Source of the DNA: Neoechinorhynchus agilis
Taxonomy: Eukaryota; Animalia; Acanthocephala
Reading direction: 5' to 3'
Assembly: GCA_051530055.1 (NCBI GenBank)
Contig: CM121341.1
Coordinates: 6,054,784-6,118,783, forward strand
DNA length: 64,000 nt
Position numbers and translations under genes: made by a program. Numbering within the stretch: position 1 is the first letter of the stretch; the number at the start of each line of letters is the position of its first letter. Positions 35,301 to 50,300 of this stretch are shown here, piece by piece. The notes beneath the pieces are model-generated. The model made no database searches. It was not told where the DNA came from and worked only from the letters and a program-made list of their open reading frames with translations.

Positions 35301-38300
35301 CCGAGTCGCTAGTGGACATGTTCTATATTCTACACAAAACCGAACACAACCACCTACGCATTTACACGCATGCGGTAACTACTGTTTATATCTTGATCGA
35401 TGGCATGACGACATCATGCCCACTATAACAATTTTTGAGAATTTCTTTGAAGAAAATATAAAACGTCAGTACGCAATCGATCACTCGCTGAAAGAAGTTC
35501 ATTTCGGGTAAAGCATTACAACGTACAGGTTTCGCATATGGATTCTTCCTGCTCTCTAACGCGTCGTCAAGTTCATTTTTGTGACCGAGTCGATAGTATA
35601 CATGTTCTATATTCTACACAAAACCGAACATACCCACCTACACATTTACACGCATGCGGTTACTACTGTTTATATCCCGATCGCTGGCATGACGACATCA
35701 TGCCCACTATAACAATTTTAAGAATTTCTTTTAAGAAAATATAAAACGTCAGTACGCAATCGATCGCCCGCTGAAAGAAGTTCACTTCGGGTACAGCATT
35801 ACAATGTACAGGTTTCGCATATGGATTCTTCCTGCTCTCTAGCACGTCGTCAAGTTCCTTTTTGTTACCGAGTCGCTAGTGGACATGTTCTATATTCTAC
35901 ACAAAACCGAACACACCAAACTACACATTTACACGCATGCGGTTACTACTGTTTATATCCCGATCGCTGGCATGACGACATCATGCCCACTATAACAATT
36001 TTAAGAATTTCTTTTAAGAAAATATAAAACGTCAGTACGATATCGATCACTCGCTGAAAGAAGTTCATTTCGAGTAAAGCATTACAATGTACAGCTTTCG
36101 CATATGGATTCTTCCTGCTCTCCAACGCGTCGTCAAGTTAATTTTTGTGACCGAGTCGCAAGTGGACATGTTCTATATTCTACACAAAACCGAAGACACC
36201 CACCTACACATTTACACGCATGCGGTTACTACTATTTATATCCCGATAGATGGCATGACGACATCATGCCCACTATAACATTTTTAAGAATTTCTTTAAA
36301 GAAAATATAAAACGTCAGTACGCAATCGATCACTCGCTGAAAGAAGTTCATTTCGAGTAAAGCATTACAATGTACAGGTTTCGCATATGAATTCTTCCTT
36401 CTCTCTTACGCGTCGTTACGTTAATTTTTGTGACCGAGTCGCTAGTAGACATGTTCTATACTCTACACAAAACCGAACAAACCCACCTACACATTTACAC
36501 GCATACGGTTACTACTGTTTATATCCCGATCGATGGCATGACGACATCATGCCCACCATAACAATTTTAAGAATTTCTTTGAAGAAAATATAAAACGTCG
36601 GTACGCAATCGATCACTCGCTGAAAGAAGTTCATTTCGAGTAAAGAATTACAATGTACAGGTTTCGCATATGGATTCTTCCTGCTCTCTAACGCGTCGTC
36701 AAGTTCATTTTTGTGACCGAGTCGATAGTATACATGTTCTATATTCTACACAAAACCGAACATACCCACCTACACATTTACACGCATGCGGTTACTACTG
36801 TTTATATCCCGATCGATGGCATGACGCCATCATGCCCACTATAACAATTTTAAGAATTTCTTTGAAGGAAATATAAAACGTCAGAACGCAATCGATCACT
36901 CGCTGAAAGAAGTTCATTTCGAGTAAAGCATTACAATGTACAGCTTTCGCATATGGATTCTTCCTGCTCTCTAACGCGTCGTCAAGTTAATTTTTGTGAC
37001 CGAGTCGCTAGTGGACATGTTCTATATTCTACACAAAACCGAAGACACCCACCTACACATTTACACGCATGCGGTTACTACTGTTTATATCTTGATCGAT
37101 GGCATGACGACATCATGCCCACTATAACAATTTTTGAGAATTTCTTTGAAGAAAATATAAAACGTCAGTACGCAATCGATCACTCGCTGAAAGAAGTTCA
37201 TTTCGAGTAAAGCATTACAATGTACAGCTTTCGCATATGGATTCTTCCTGCTCTCTAACGCGTCGTCAAGTTCATTTTTGTGACCGAGTCGATAGTATAC
37301 ATGTTCTATATTCTACACAAAACCGAACATACCCACCTACACATTTACACGCATGCGGTTACTACTGTTTATATCCCGATCGATGGCATGACGCCATCAT
37401 GCCCACTATAACAATTTTAAGAATTTCTTTGAAGGAAATATAAAACGTCAGAACGCAATCGATCACTCGCTGAAAGAAGTTCATTTCGAGTAAAGAATTA
37501 CAATGTACAGGTTTCGCATATGGATACTTCCTGCTCTCTAACGCGTCGTCAAGTTCATTTTTGTGACCGAGTCGATAGTATACATGTTCTATATTCTACA
37601 CAAAACCGAACATACCCACCTACACATTTACACGCATGCGGTTACTACTGTTTATATCCCGATCGATGGCATGACGCCATCATGCCCACTATAACAATTT
37701 TAAGAATTTCTTTGAAGGAAATATAAAACGTCAGAACGCAATCGATCACTCGCTGAAAGAAGTTCATTTCGAGTAAAGCATTACAATGTGCAGCTTTCGC
37801 ATATGGATTCTTCCTGCTCTCTAGCGCGTCGTCAAGTTAATTTTTGTGACCGCGTCGATAGTATACATGTTCTATATTCTACACAAAACCGAAGACACCC
37901 ACCTACACATTTACACGCATGCGGTTACTACTGTTTATATCCCGATAGATGGCATGACGACATCATGCCCACTATAACATTTTTAAGAATTTCTTTAAAG
38001 AAAATATAAAACGTCAGTACGCAATCGATCACTCGCTGAAAGAAGTTCATTTCGGGTAAAGCATTACAATGTACAGCTTTCGCATATGGATTCTTCCTGC
38101 TCTCTAGCCCGTCGTCAGGTTCATTTTTGTGACCGAGCCGCTAGTAGACATGTTCTATACTCTACACAAAAGCGAACACACCAACCTACACATTTACACG
38201 CATGCGGTTACAACTTTTTATATCCCGATCGATGGCATGACGACATCATGCCAACTATAACATTTTTAAGAATTTCTTTAAAGAAAATATAAAACGTCAG

Positions 38301-41300
38301 TACGCAATCGATCACTCGCTGAAAGAAGTTCATTTCGGGTAAAGCATTACAATGTACAGCTTTCGCATATGGATTCTTCCTGCTCTCTAACGCGTCGTCA
38401 AGTTAATTTTTGTGACCGAGTCGCTAGTGGACATGTTCTATATTCTACACAAAATCGAACACACCCACCTACACATTTACACGCATGCGGTTACAACTTT
38501 TTATATCCCGATCGATGGCATGACGACATCATGCCCACTATAACAATTTTAAGAATTTCTTCGAAGAAAATATAAAACGTCAGCACGCAATCAATCACTC
38601 GCTGGAAGAAGTTCATTTCGGGAAAAGCATTACAATGTACGGGTTTCGCATGTGGATTCTTCCTGCTCTCTAACGCGTCGTCAAGTTAATTTTTGTGACC
38701 GAGTCGATAGTATACATGTTCTATATTCTACACAAAACCGAACACACCCACCTACACATTTACACGCATGCGGTTACTACTGTTTATATCCCGATAGATG
38801 GCATGACGACATCATGCCCACTATAACATTTTTAAGAATTTCTTTGAAGAAAATATAAAACGTCAGTACGCAATCGATCACTCGCTGAAAGAAGTTCATT
38901 TCGGGTAAAGCATTACAATGTACAGCTTTCGCATATGGATTCTTCCTGCTCTCTAGCGCATCGTCAGGTTCATTTTTGTGTCCGAGCCGTTAGTAGACAT
39001 GTTCAATACTCTACACAAAAGCGAACACACCCACCTACACATTTACACGCATGCGGTTACTACTGTTTATATCGCGATCGCTGGCATGACGACATCATGC
39101 CCACTCTAACAATTTTAAGAATTTCTTTTAAGAAAATATAAAACGTCAGTACGCAATCGATCGCCCGCTGAAAGAAGTTATCTTCGGGTAAAGCATTACA
39201 ATGTACAGCTTTCGCATATGGATTCTTCCAGCTCTCTAGCGCGTCGTCAGGTTAATTTTTGTGACCGAGCCGCTAGTGGACATGTTCTATATTCTACACA
39301 AAACCTAACACACCTACCTACACATTTACACGCATGCGGTTACTACTGTTTATATTCCGATAGATGGTATGACGACATCATGCCCACTATAACATTTTTA
39401 AGAATTTCTTTAAAGAAAATATAAAACGTCAGTACGCAATCGATCACTCGCTGAAAGAAGTTCATTTCGGGTAAAGCATTACAATGTACAGCTTTCGCAT
39501 ATGGATTCTTCCAGCTCTCTAGCGCGTCGTCAAGTTCATTTTTGTGACCGAGTCGCTAGTGGACATGTTCTGTATTCTACACAAAACCGAACACACAAAC
39601 CCACACATTAACACGCATGCGGTTACTACTGTTTATATCCCGATCGATGGCATGACGACATCATGCCCACTATAACAATTTTAAGAATTTCTTTGAAGAA
39701 AATATAAAACGTCAGCACGCAATCGATCACTCGCTTAAAGAAGTTCATTTCGAGTAAAGCATTACAATGTACAGGTTTCGCATATGGATTCTTCCTGCTC
39801 TCTAACGCGTCGTCAAGTTAATTTTTGTGACCGAGTCGCTAGTGGACATGTTCTATATTCTACACAAAACCTAACACACCCACCTACACATTTACACGCA
39901 TGCGGTTACTACTGTTTATATCCCGATAGATGGTATGACGACATCATGCCCACTATAACATTTTTAAGAATTTCTTTAAAGAAAATATAAAACGTCAGTA
40001 CGCAATCGATCACTCGCTGAAAGAAGTTCATTTCGGGTAAAGCATTACAATGTACAGCTTTCGCATATGGATTCTTCCTGCTCTCTAGCCCGTCGTCAGG
40101 TTCATTTTTGTGACCGAGCCGCTAGTAGACATGTTCTATACTCTACACAAAAGCGAACACACCAACCTACACATTTACACGCATGCGGTTACTACTGTTT
40201 ATATCCCGATCGCTGGCATGACGACATCATGCCCACTATAACAATTTTAAGAATTTCTTTTAAGAAAATATAAAACGTCAGTACGCAATCGATCGCCCGC
40301 TGAAAGAAGTTATCTTCGGGTAAAGCATTACAATGTACAGGTTTCGCATATGGATTCTTCCTGCTCTCTAGCGCGTCGTCAAGTTCCTTTTTGTTACCGA
40401 GTCGCTAGTGGACATGTTCTATATTCTACACAAAACCGAACACAACCACCTACACATTTACACGCATACGGTTACTACTGTTTATATCCCGATGGATGGC
40501 ATGACGACATCATGCCCACTATAACAATTTTAAGAATTTCTTTGAAGGAAATATAAAACGTCAGCACGCAATCGATCACTCGCTGAAAGAAGTTCATTTC
40601 GAGTAAAGAATTACAATGTACAGGTTTCGCATATGGATTCTTCCTGCTCTCTAACGCGTCGTCAAGTTAATTTTTGTGACCGAGTCGATAGTATACATGT
40701 TCTATATTCTACACAAAACCGAACACACCCACCTACACATTTACACGCATGCGGTTACTACTGTTTATATACCGATAGATGGCATGACGACATCATGCCC
40801 ACTATAACATTTTTAAGAATTTCTTTGAAGAAAATATAAAACGTCAGTACGCAATCGATCACTCGCTGAAAGAAGTTCATTTCGGGTAAAGCATTACAAT
40901 GTACAGCTTTCGCATATGGATTCTTCCTGCTCTCTAGCGCATCGTCAGGTTAATTTTTGTGTCCGAGCCGTTAGTAGACATGTTCTATACTCTACACAAA
41001 AGCGAACACACCCACCTACACATTTACACGCATGCGGTTACTACTGTTTATATCCCGATCGATGGCATGACGACATCATGCCCACTATAACAATTTTAAG
41101 AATTTCTTTGAAGAAAATATAAAACGTCAGTACGCAATCGATCACTCGCTGAAATAAGTTCATTTCGAGTAAAGCATTACAATGTACAGGTTTCGCATAT
41201 GGATTCTTCCTGCTCTCTAACGCGTCGTCAAGTTTATTTTTGTGACCGAGTCGCTAGTAGACATGTTCTATATTCTACACAAAACCGAACACACCCACCT

Positions 41301-44300
41301 ACACATTTACACGCATGCGGTTACTAATGTTTATATCCCGATCGATGGCATGACGACATCATGCCCACTATAACAATTTTAAGAATTTCTTTGAAGGAAA
41401 TATAAAACGTCAGCACGCAATCGATCACTCGCTGAAAGAAGTTCATTTCGAGTAAAGCATTACAATGTACCGGTTTCGCATATGGATTCTTCCTGCTCTC
41501 TAGCGCGTCGTCAAGTTCCTTTTTGTTACCGAGTCGCTAGTAGACATGTTCTATATTCTACACAAAACCGAACACAACCACCTACACATTTACACGCATG
41601 CGGTTACTACTGTTTATATCCCGATCGATGGCATGACGACATCATGCCCACTATAACAATTTTAAGAATTTCTTTGAAGAAAATATAAAACGTCAGTACG
41701 CAATCGATCACTCGCTGAAAGAAGTTCATTTCGAGTAAAGCATTACAATGTACAGGTTTCGCATATCGATTCTTCCTGCTCTCTAGCGCGTCGTCAAGTT
41801 CATTTTTGTGACCGAATCGCTAGTAGACATGTTCTATATTCTACACAAAACCGAACACACCCACCTACACATTTACACGCATGCGGTTACTAATGTTTAT
41901 ATCCCGATCAATGGCATGACGACATCATGCCCACTATAACAATTTTAAGAATTTCTTTGAAGGAAATATAAAACGTCAGCACGCAATCGATCACTCGCTG
42001 AAAGAAGTTCATTTCGAGTAAAGCATTACAATGTACAGGTTTCGCATATGGATTCTTCCTGCTCTCTAACGCGTCGTCAAGTTAATTTTTGTGACCGAGT
42101 CGCTAGTGGACATGTTCTATATACTACACAAAACCGAACACACCCACCTACACATTTACACGCATGCGGTTACTACTGTTTATATCCCGATCGCTGGCAT
42201 GACGACATCATGCCCACTATAACAATTTTTAGAATTTCTTTTAAGAAAATATAAAACGTCAGTACACAATCGATCGCCCGCTGAAAGAAGTTATCTTCGG
42301 GTAAAGCATTACAATGTACAGGTTTCGCATATGGATTCTTCCTGCTCTCTAGCGCGTCGTCAAGTTCCTTTTTGTTACCGAGTCGCTAGTGGACATGTTC
42401 TATATTCTACACAAAACCGAACACAACCACCTACACATTTACACGCATGCGGTTACTACTGTTTATATCCCGATCGATGGCATGACGACATCATGCCCAC
42501 TATAACAATTTTAAGAATTTCTTCGAAGAAAATATAAAACGTCAGCACGCAATCAATCACTCGCTGAAAGAAGTTCATTTCGAGTAAAGCATTACAATGT
42601 ACAGGTTTCGCATATGGATTCTTCCTGCTTTCTAGCGCGTCGTCAAGTTCATTTTTGTGACCGAGTCGCTAGTAGACATGTTCTATATTCTACACAAAAG
42701 CGAACACACACACCCACACATTTACACGCATGCGGTTACTACTGTTTATATCCCAATCGATGGCATGACGACATCATGCCCACTATAACAATTTTAAGAA
42801 TTTCTTTGAAGAAAATATAAAACGTCAGATCGCAATCGATCACTCGCTGAAAGAAGTTCATTTCGAGTAAAGCATTACAATGTACAGGTTTCGCATATGG
42901 ATTCTTCCTGCTCTCTAACGCGTCGTCAAGTTAATTTTTGTGACCGAGTCGCTAGTGGACATGTTCTATATTCTACACAAAACCTAACACACCCACCTAC
43001 ACATTTACACGCATGCGGTTACTACTGTTTATATCCCGATAGATGGCATGACGACATCATGCCCACTATAACATTTTTAAGAATTTCTTTAAAGAAAATA
43101 TAAAACGTCAGTACGCAATCGATCACTCGCTGAAAGAAGTTCATTTCGGGTAAAGCATTACAATGTACAGCTTTCGCATATGGATTCTTCCTGCTCTCTA
43201 GCGCGTCGTCAGGTTCATTTTTGTGACCGAGCCGCTAGTAGACATGTTCTATACTCTACACAAAAGCGAACACACCCACCTACACATTTACACGCATGCG
43301 GTTACTACTGTTTATATCCCGATCGATGGCATGACGACATCATGCCCACTATAACAATTTTAAGAATTTCTTTGAAGAAAATATAAAACGTCAGTACGCA
43401 ATCGATCACTCGCTGAAATAAGTTCATTTCGAGTAAAGCATTACAATGTACAGGTTTCGCATATGGATTCTTCCTGCTCTCTAACGCGTCGTCAAGTTTA
43501 TTTTTGTGACCGAGTCGCTAGTAGACATGTTCTATATTCTACACAAAACCGAACACACCCACCTACACATTTACACGCATGCGGTTACTACTGTTTATAT
43601 CCCGATCGATGGCATGACGACATCATGCCCACTATAACAATTTTAAGAATTTCTTTGAAGGAAATATAAAACGTCAGCACGCAATCGATCACTCGCTGAA
43701 AGAAGTTCATTTCGAGTAAAGCATTACAATGTACAGGTTTCGCATATGGATTCTTCCTGCTCTCTAGCGCGTCGTCAAGTTCCTTTTTGTTACCGAGTCG
43801 CTAGTAGACATGTTCTATATTCTACACAAAACCGAACACAACCACCTACACATTTACACGCATGCGGTTACTACTGTTTATATCCCGATCGATGGCATGA
43901 CGACATCATGCCCACTATAACAATTTTAAGAATTTCTTTGAAGAAAATATAAAACGTCAGTACGCAATCAATCACTCGCTGAAATAAGTTCATTTCGAGT
44001 AAAGCATTACAATGTACAGGTTTCGCATATCGATTCTTCCTGCTCTCTAGCGCGTCGTCAAGTTAATTTTTGTGTCCGAGCCGTTAGTAGACATGTTCTA
44101 TACTCTACACAAAAGCGAACACACCCACCTACACATTTACACGCATGCGGTTACTACTGTTTATATCCCGATCGATGGCATGACGACATCATGCCCACTA
44201 TAACAATTTTAAGAATTTCTTTGAAGAAAATATAAAACGTCAGTACGCAATCGATCACTCGCTGAAATAGGTTCATTTCGAGTAAAGCATTACAATGTAC

Positions 44301-47300
44301 AGGTTTCGCATATGGATTCTTCCTGCTCTCTAACGCGTCGTCAAGTTTATTTTTGTGACCGAGTCGCTAGTAGACATGTTCTATATTCTACACAAAACCG
44401 AACACACCCACCTACACATTTACACGCATGCGGTTACTAATGTTTATATCCCGATCGATGGCATGACGACATCATGCCCACTATAACAATTTTAAGAATT
44501 TCTTTGAAGGGAATATAAAACGTCAGCACGCAATCGATCACTCGCTGAAAGAAGTTCATTTCGAGTAAAGCATTACAATGTACCGGTTTCGCATATGGAT
44601 TCTTCCTGCTCTCTAGCGCGTCGTCAAGTACCTTTTTGTTACCGAGTCGCTAGTAGACATGTTCTATATTCTACACAAAACCGAACACAACCACCTACAC
44701 ATTTACGCGCATGCGGTTAACACTGTTTATATCCCGATCGATGGCATGACGACATCATGCCCACTATAACAATTTTAAGAATTTCTTTGAAGAAAATATA
44801 AAACGTCAGTACGCAATCAATCACTCGCTGAAATAAGTTCATTTCGAGTAAAGCATTACAATGTACAGGTTTCGCATATCGATTCTTCCTGCTCTCTAGC
44901 GCGTCGTCAAGTTAATTTTTGTGACCGAATCGCTAGTAGACATGTTCTATATTCTACACAAAACCGAACACACCCACCTACACATTTACACGCATGCGGT
45001 TACTAATGTTTATATCCCGATCAATGGCATGACGACATCATGCCCACTATTACAATTTTAAGAATTTCTTTGAAGGAAATATAAAACGTCAGCACGCAAT
45101 CGATCACTCGCTGAAAGAAGTTCATTTCGAGTAAAGCATTACAATGTACAGGTTTCGCATATGGATTCTTCCTGCTCTCTAGCGCGTCGTCAAGTTCCTT
45201 TTTGTTACCGAGTCGCTAGTGGACATGTTCTATATTCTACACAAAACCGAACACCACCACCTACACATTTACACTCATACGGTTACTACTGTTTATATCC
45301 CGATGGATGGCATGACGACATCATGCCCACTATAACAATTTTAAGAATTTCTTTGAAGGAAATATAAAACGTCAGCACGCAATCGATCACTCGCTGAAAG
45401 AAGTTCATTTCGAGTAAAGAATTACAATGTACAGGTTTCGCATATGGATTCTTCCTGCTCTCTAGCGCGTCGTCAAGTTCCTTTTTGTTACCGAGTCGCT
45501 AGTAGACATGTTCTATATTCTACACAAAAGCGAACACCCACACCCACACATTTACACGCATGCGGTTACTACTGTTTATATCCCGATCGATGGCATGACG
45601 ACATCATGCCCACTTTAACAATTTTTAGAATTTCTTTGAAGAAAATATAAAACGTCAGCACGCAATCGATCACTCGCTGAAAGAAGTTCATTTCGAGTAA
45701 AGCATTACAATGTACAGGTTTCGCATATCGATTCTTCCTGCTCTTTAGCCCGTCGTCAAGTTAATTTTTGTGACCGAGTCGATAGTATACATGTTCTATA
45801 TTCTACACAAAACCGAACACACCCACCTACACATTTACACGCATGCGGTTACTACTGTTTATATCCCGATAGATGGCATGACGACATCATGCCCACTATA
45901 ACATTTTTAAGAATTTCTTTGAAGAAAATATAAAACGTCAGTACGCAATCGATCACTCGCTGAAAGAAGTTCATTTCGGGTAAAGCATTACAATGTACAG
46001 CTTTCGCATATGGATTCTTCCTGCTCTCTAGCGCGTCGTCAAGTTCCTTTTTGTTACCGAGTCGCTAGTGGACATGTTCTATATTCTACACAAAACCGAA
46101 CACAACCACCTACACATTTACACGCATACGGTTACTACTGTTTATATCCCGATGGATGGCATGACGACATCATGCCCACTATAACAATTTTAAGAATTTC
46201 TTTGAAGGAAATATAAAACGTCAGCACGCAATCGATCACTCGCTGAAAGAAGTTCATTTCGAGTAAAGAATTACAATGTACAGGTTTCGCATATGGATTC
46301 TTCCTGCTCTCTAACGCGTCGTCAAGTTAATTTTTGTGACCGAGTCGATAGTATACATGTTCTATATTCTACACAAAACCGAACACACCCACCTACACAT
46401 TTAAAAGCATGCGGTTACTACTGTTTATATCCCGATCGATGACATGACGACATCATGCCAACTATAACAATTTTAAGAATTTCTTTGAAGAAAATATAAA
46501 ACGTCAGTACGCAATCGATCACTCGCTGAAATAAGTTCATTTCGAGTAAAGCATTACAATGTACAGGTTTCGCATATGGATTCTTCCTGCTCTCTAACGC
46601 GTCGTCAAGTTTATTTTTGTTACCGAGTCGCTAGTAGACATGTTCTATATTCTACACAAAACCGAACACACCCACCTACACATTTACACGCATGCGGTTA
46701 CTACTGTTTATATCCCGATCGATGGCATGACGACATCATGCCCACTATAACAATTTTAAGAATTTCTTCGAAGAAAATATAAAACGTCAGCACGCAATCA
46801 ATCACTCGCTGAAAGAAGTTCATTTCGAGTAAAGCATTACAATGTACAGGTTTCGCATATGGATTCTTCCTGCTTTCTAGCGCGTCGTCAAGTTCATTTT
46901 TGTGACCGAGTCGCTAGTAGACATGTTCTATATTCTACACAAAAGCGAACACACACACCCACACATTTACACGCATGCGGTTACTACTGTTTATATCCCA
47001 ATCGATGGCATGACGAAATCATGCCCACTATAACAATTTTAAGAATTTGTTTGAAGAAAATATAAAACGTCAGCACGCAATCGATCACTCGCTGAAAGAA
47101 GTTCATTTCGAGTAAAGCATTACAATGTACAGGTTTCGCATATGGATTCTTCCTGCTCTCTAACGCGTCGTCAAGTTAATTTTTGTGACCGAGTCGCTAG
47201 TGGACATGTTCTATATTCTACACAAAACCTAACACACCCACCTACACATTTACACGCATGCGGTTACTACTGTTTATATCCCGATAGATGGTATGACGAC

Positions 47301-50300
47301 ATCATGCCCACTATAACATTTTTAAGAATTTCTTTAAAGAAAATATAAAACGTCAGTACGCAATCGATCACTCGCTGAAAGAAGTTCATTTCGGGTAAAG
47401 CATTACAATGTACAGCTTTCGCATATCGATTCTTCCTGCTCTCTAGCCCGTCGTCAGGTTAATTTTTGTGACCGAGCAGCTAGTAGACATGTTCTATACT
47501 CTACACAAAAGCGAACACACCAACCTACACATTTACACGCATGCGGTTACAACTGTTTATATCCCGATCGCTGGCATGACGACATCATGCCCACTATAAC
47601 AATTTTAAGAATTTCTTTAGAGAAAATATAAAACGTCAGTACGCAATCGATCGCCCGCTGAAAGAAGTTATCTTCGGGTAAAGCATTACAATGTACAGGT
47701 TTCGCATATGGATTCTTCCTGCTCTCTAGCGCGTCGTCAAGTTCCTTTTTGTTACCGAGTCGCTAGTGGACATGTTCTATATTCTACACAAAACCGAACA
47801 CAACCACCTACACATTTACACTCATACGGTTACTACTGTTTATATCCCGATGGATGGCATGACGACATCATGCCCACTATAACAATTTTAAGAATTTCTT
47901 TGAAGGAAATATAAAACGTCAGTACGCAATCGATCACTCGCTGAAATAAGTTCATTTCGAGTAAAGCATTACAATGTACAGGTTTCGCATATGGATTCTT
48001 CCTGCTCTCTAACGCGTCGTCAAGTTTATTTTTGTGACCGAGTCGCTAGTAGACATGTTCTATATTCTACACAAAACCGAACACAACCACCTACACATTT
48101 ACGCGCATGCGGCTAACACTGTTTATATCCCGATCGATGGCATGACGACATCATGCCCACTATAACAATTTTAAGAATTTCTTTGAAGAAAATATAAAAC
48201 GTCAGTACGCAATCAATCACTCGCTGAAATAAGTTCATTTCGAGTAAAGCATAACAATGTACAGGTTTCGCATATCGATTCTTCCTGCTCTCTAGCGCGT
48301 CGTCAAGTTAATTTTTGTGACCGAATCGCTAGTAGACATGTTCTATATTCTACACAAAACCGAACACACCCACCTACACATTTACACGCATGCGGTTACT
48401 AATGTTTATATCCCGATCAATGGCATGACGACCTCATGCCCACTATAACAATTTTAAGAATTTCTTTGAAGGAAATATAAAACGTCAGCACGCAATCGAT
48501 CACTCGCTGAAAGAAGTTCATTTCGAGTAAAGCATTACAATGTACAGGTTTCGCATATGGATTCTTCCTGCTCTCTAACGCGTCGTCAAGTTAATTTTTG
48601 TGACCGAGTCGCTAGTGGACATGTTCTATATACTACACAAAACCGAACACACCCACCTACACATTTACACGCATGCGGTTACAACTTTTTATATCCCGAT
48701 CGATGGCATGACGACATCATGCCCACTATAACAATTTTAAGAATTTCTTCGAAGAAAATATAAAACGTCAGCACGCAATCAATCATTCGCTGAAAGAAGT
48801 TCATTTCGAGTAAAGCATTACAATGTACAGGTTTCGCATATGGATTCTTCCTGCTTTCTAGCGCGTCGTCAAGTTAATTTTTGTGACCGAGTCGCTAGTA
48901 GAAATGTTCTATATTCTACACAAAACCGAACACACCCACCTACACATTTACACGCATGCGGTTACTAATGTTTATATCCCGATCGATCGCATGACGACAT
49001 CATGCCCACTATAACAATTTTAAGAATTTCTTTGAAGAAAATATAAAACGTCAGCACGCAATCGATCACTCGCTGAAAGAAGTTCATTTCGAGTAAAGCA
49101 TTACAATGTACAGGTTTCGCATATGGATTCTTCCTGCTCTCTAACGCGTCGTCAAGTTAATTTTTGTGACCGAGTCGCTAGTGGACATGTTCTATATTCT
49201 ACACAAAACCTAACACACCCACCTACACATTTACACGCATGCGGTTACTACTGTTTATATCCCGATAGATGGTATGACGACATCATGCCCACTATAACAT
49301 TTTTAAGAATTTCTTTAAAGAAAATATAAAACGTCAGTACGCAATCGATCACTCGCTGAAAGAAGTTCATTTCGGGTAAAGCATTACAATGTACAGCTTT
49401 CGCATATCGATTCTTCCTGCTCTCTAGCCCGTCGTCAGGTTCATTTTTGTGACCGAGCAGCTAGTAGACATGTTCTATACTCTACACAAAAGCGAACACA
49501 CCAACCTACACATTTACACGCATGCGGTTACTACTGTTTATATCCCGATCGCTGGCATGACGACATCATGCCCACTATAACAATTTTAAGAATTTCTTTA
49601 GAGAAAATATAAAACGTCAGTACGCAATCGATCGCCCGCTGAAAGAAGTTATCTTCGGGTAAAGCATTACAATGTACAGGTTTCGCATATGGATTCTTCC
49701 TGCTCTCTAGCGCGTCGTCAAGTTCCTTTTTGTTACCGAGTCGCTAGTGGACATGTTCTATATTCTACACAAAACCGAACACAACCACCTACACATTTAC
49801 ACGCATGCGGTTACTACTGTTTATATCCCGATCGATGGCATGACGACATCATGCCCACTATAACAATTTTAAGAATTTCTTTGAAGAAAATATAAAACGT
49901 CAGCACGCAATCGATCACTCGCTGAAAGAAGTTCATTTCGAGTAAAGCATTACAATGTACAGGTTTCGCATATGGATTCTTCCTGCTCTCTAACGCGTCG
50001 TCAAGTTAATTTTTGTGACCGAGTCGCTAGTGGACATGTTCTATATTCTACACAAAACCTAACACACCCACCTACACATTTACACGCATGCGGTTACTAC
50101 TGTTTATATCCCGATAGATGGTATGACGACATCATGCCCACTATAACATTTTTAAGAATTTCTTTAAAGAAAATATAAAACGTCAGTACGCAATCGATCA
50201 CTCGCTGAAAGAAGTTCATTTCGGGTAAAGCATTACAATGTACAGCTTTCGCATATGGATTCTTCCTGCTCTCTAGCGCGTCGTCAGGTTCATTTTTGTG

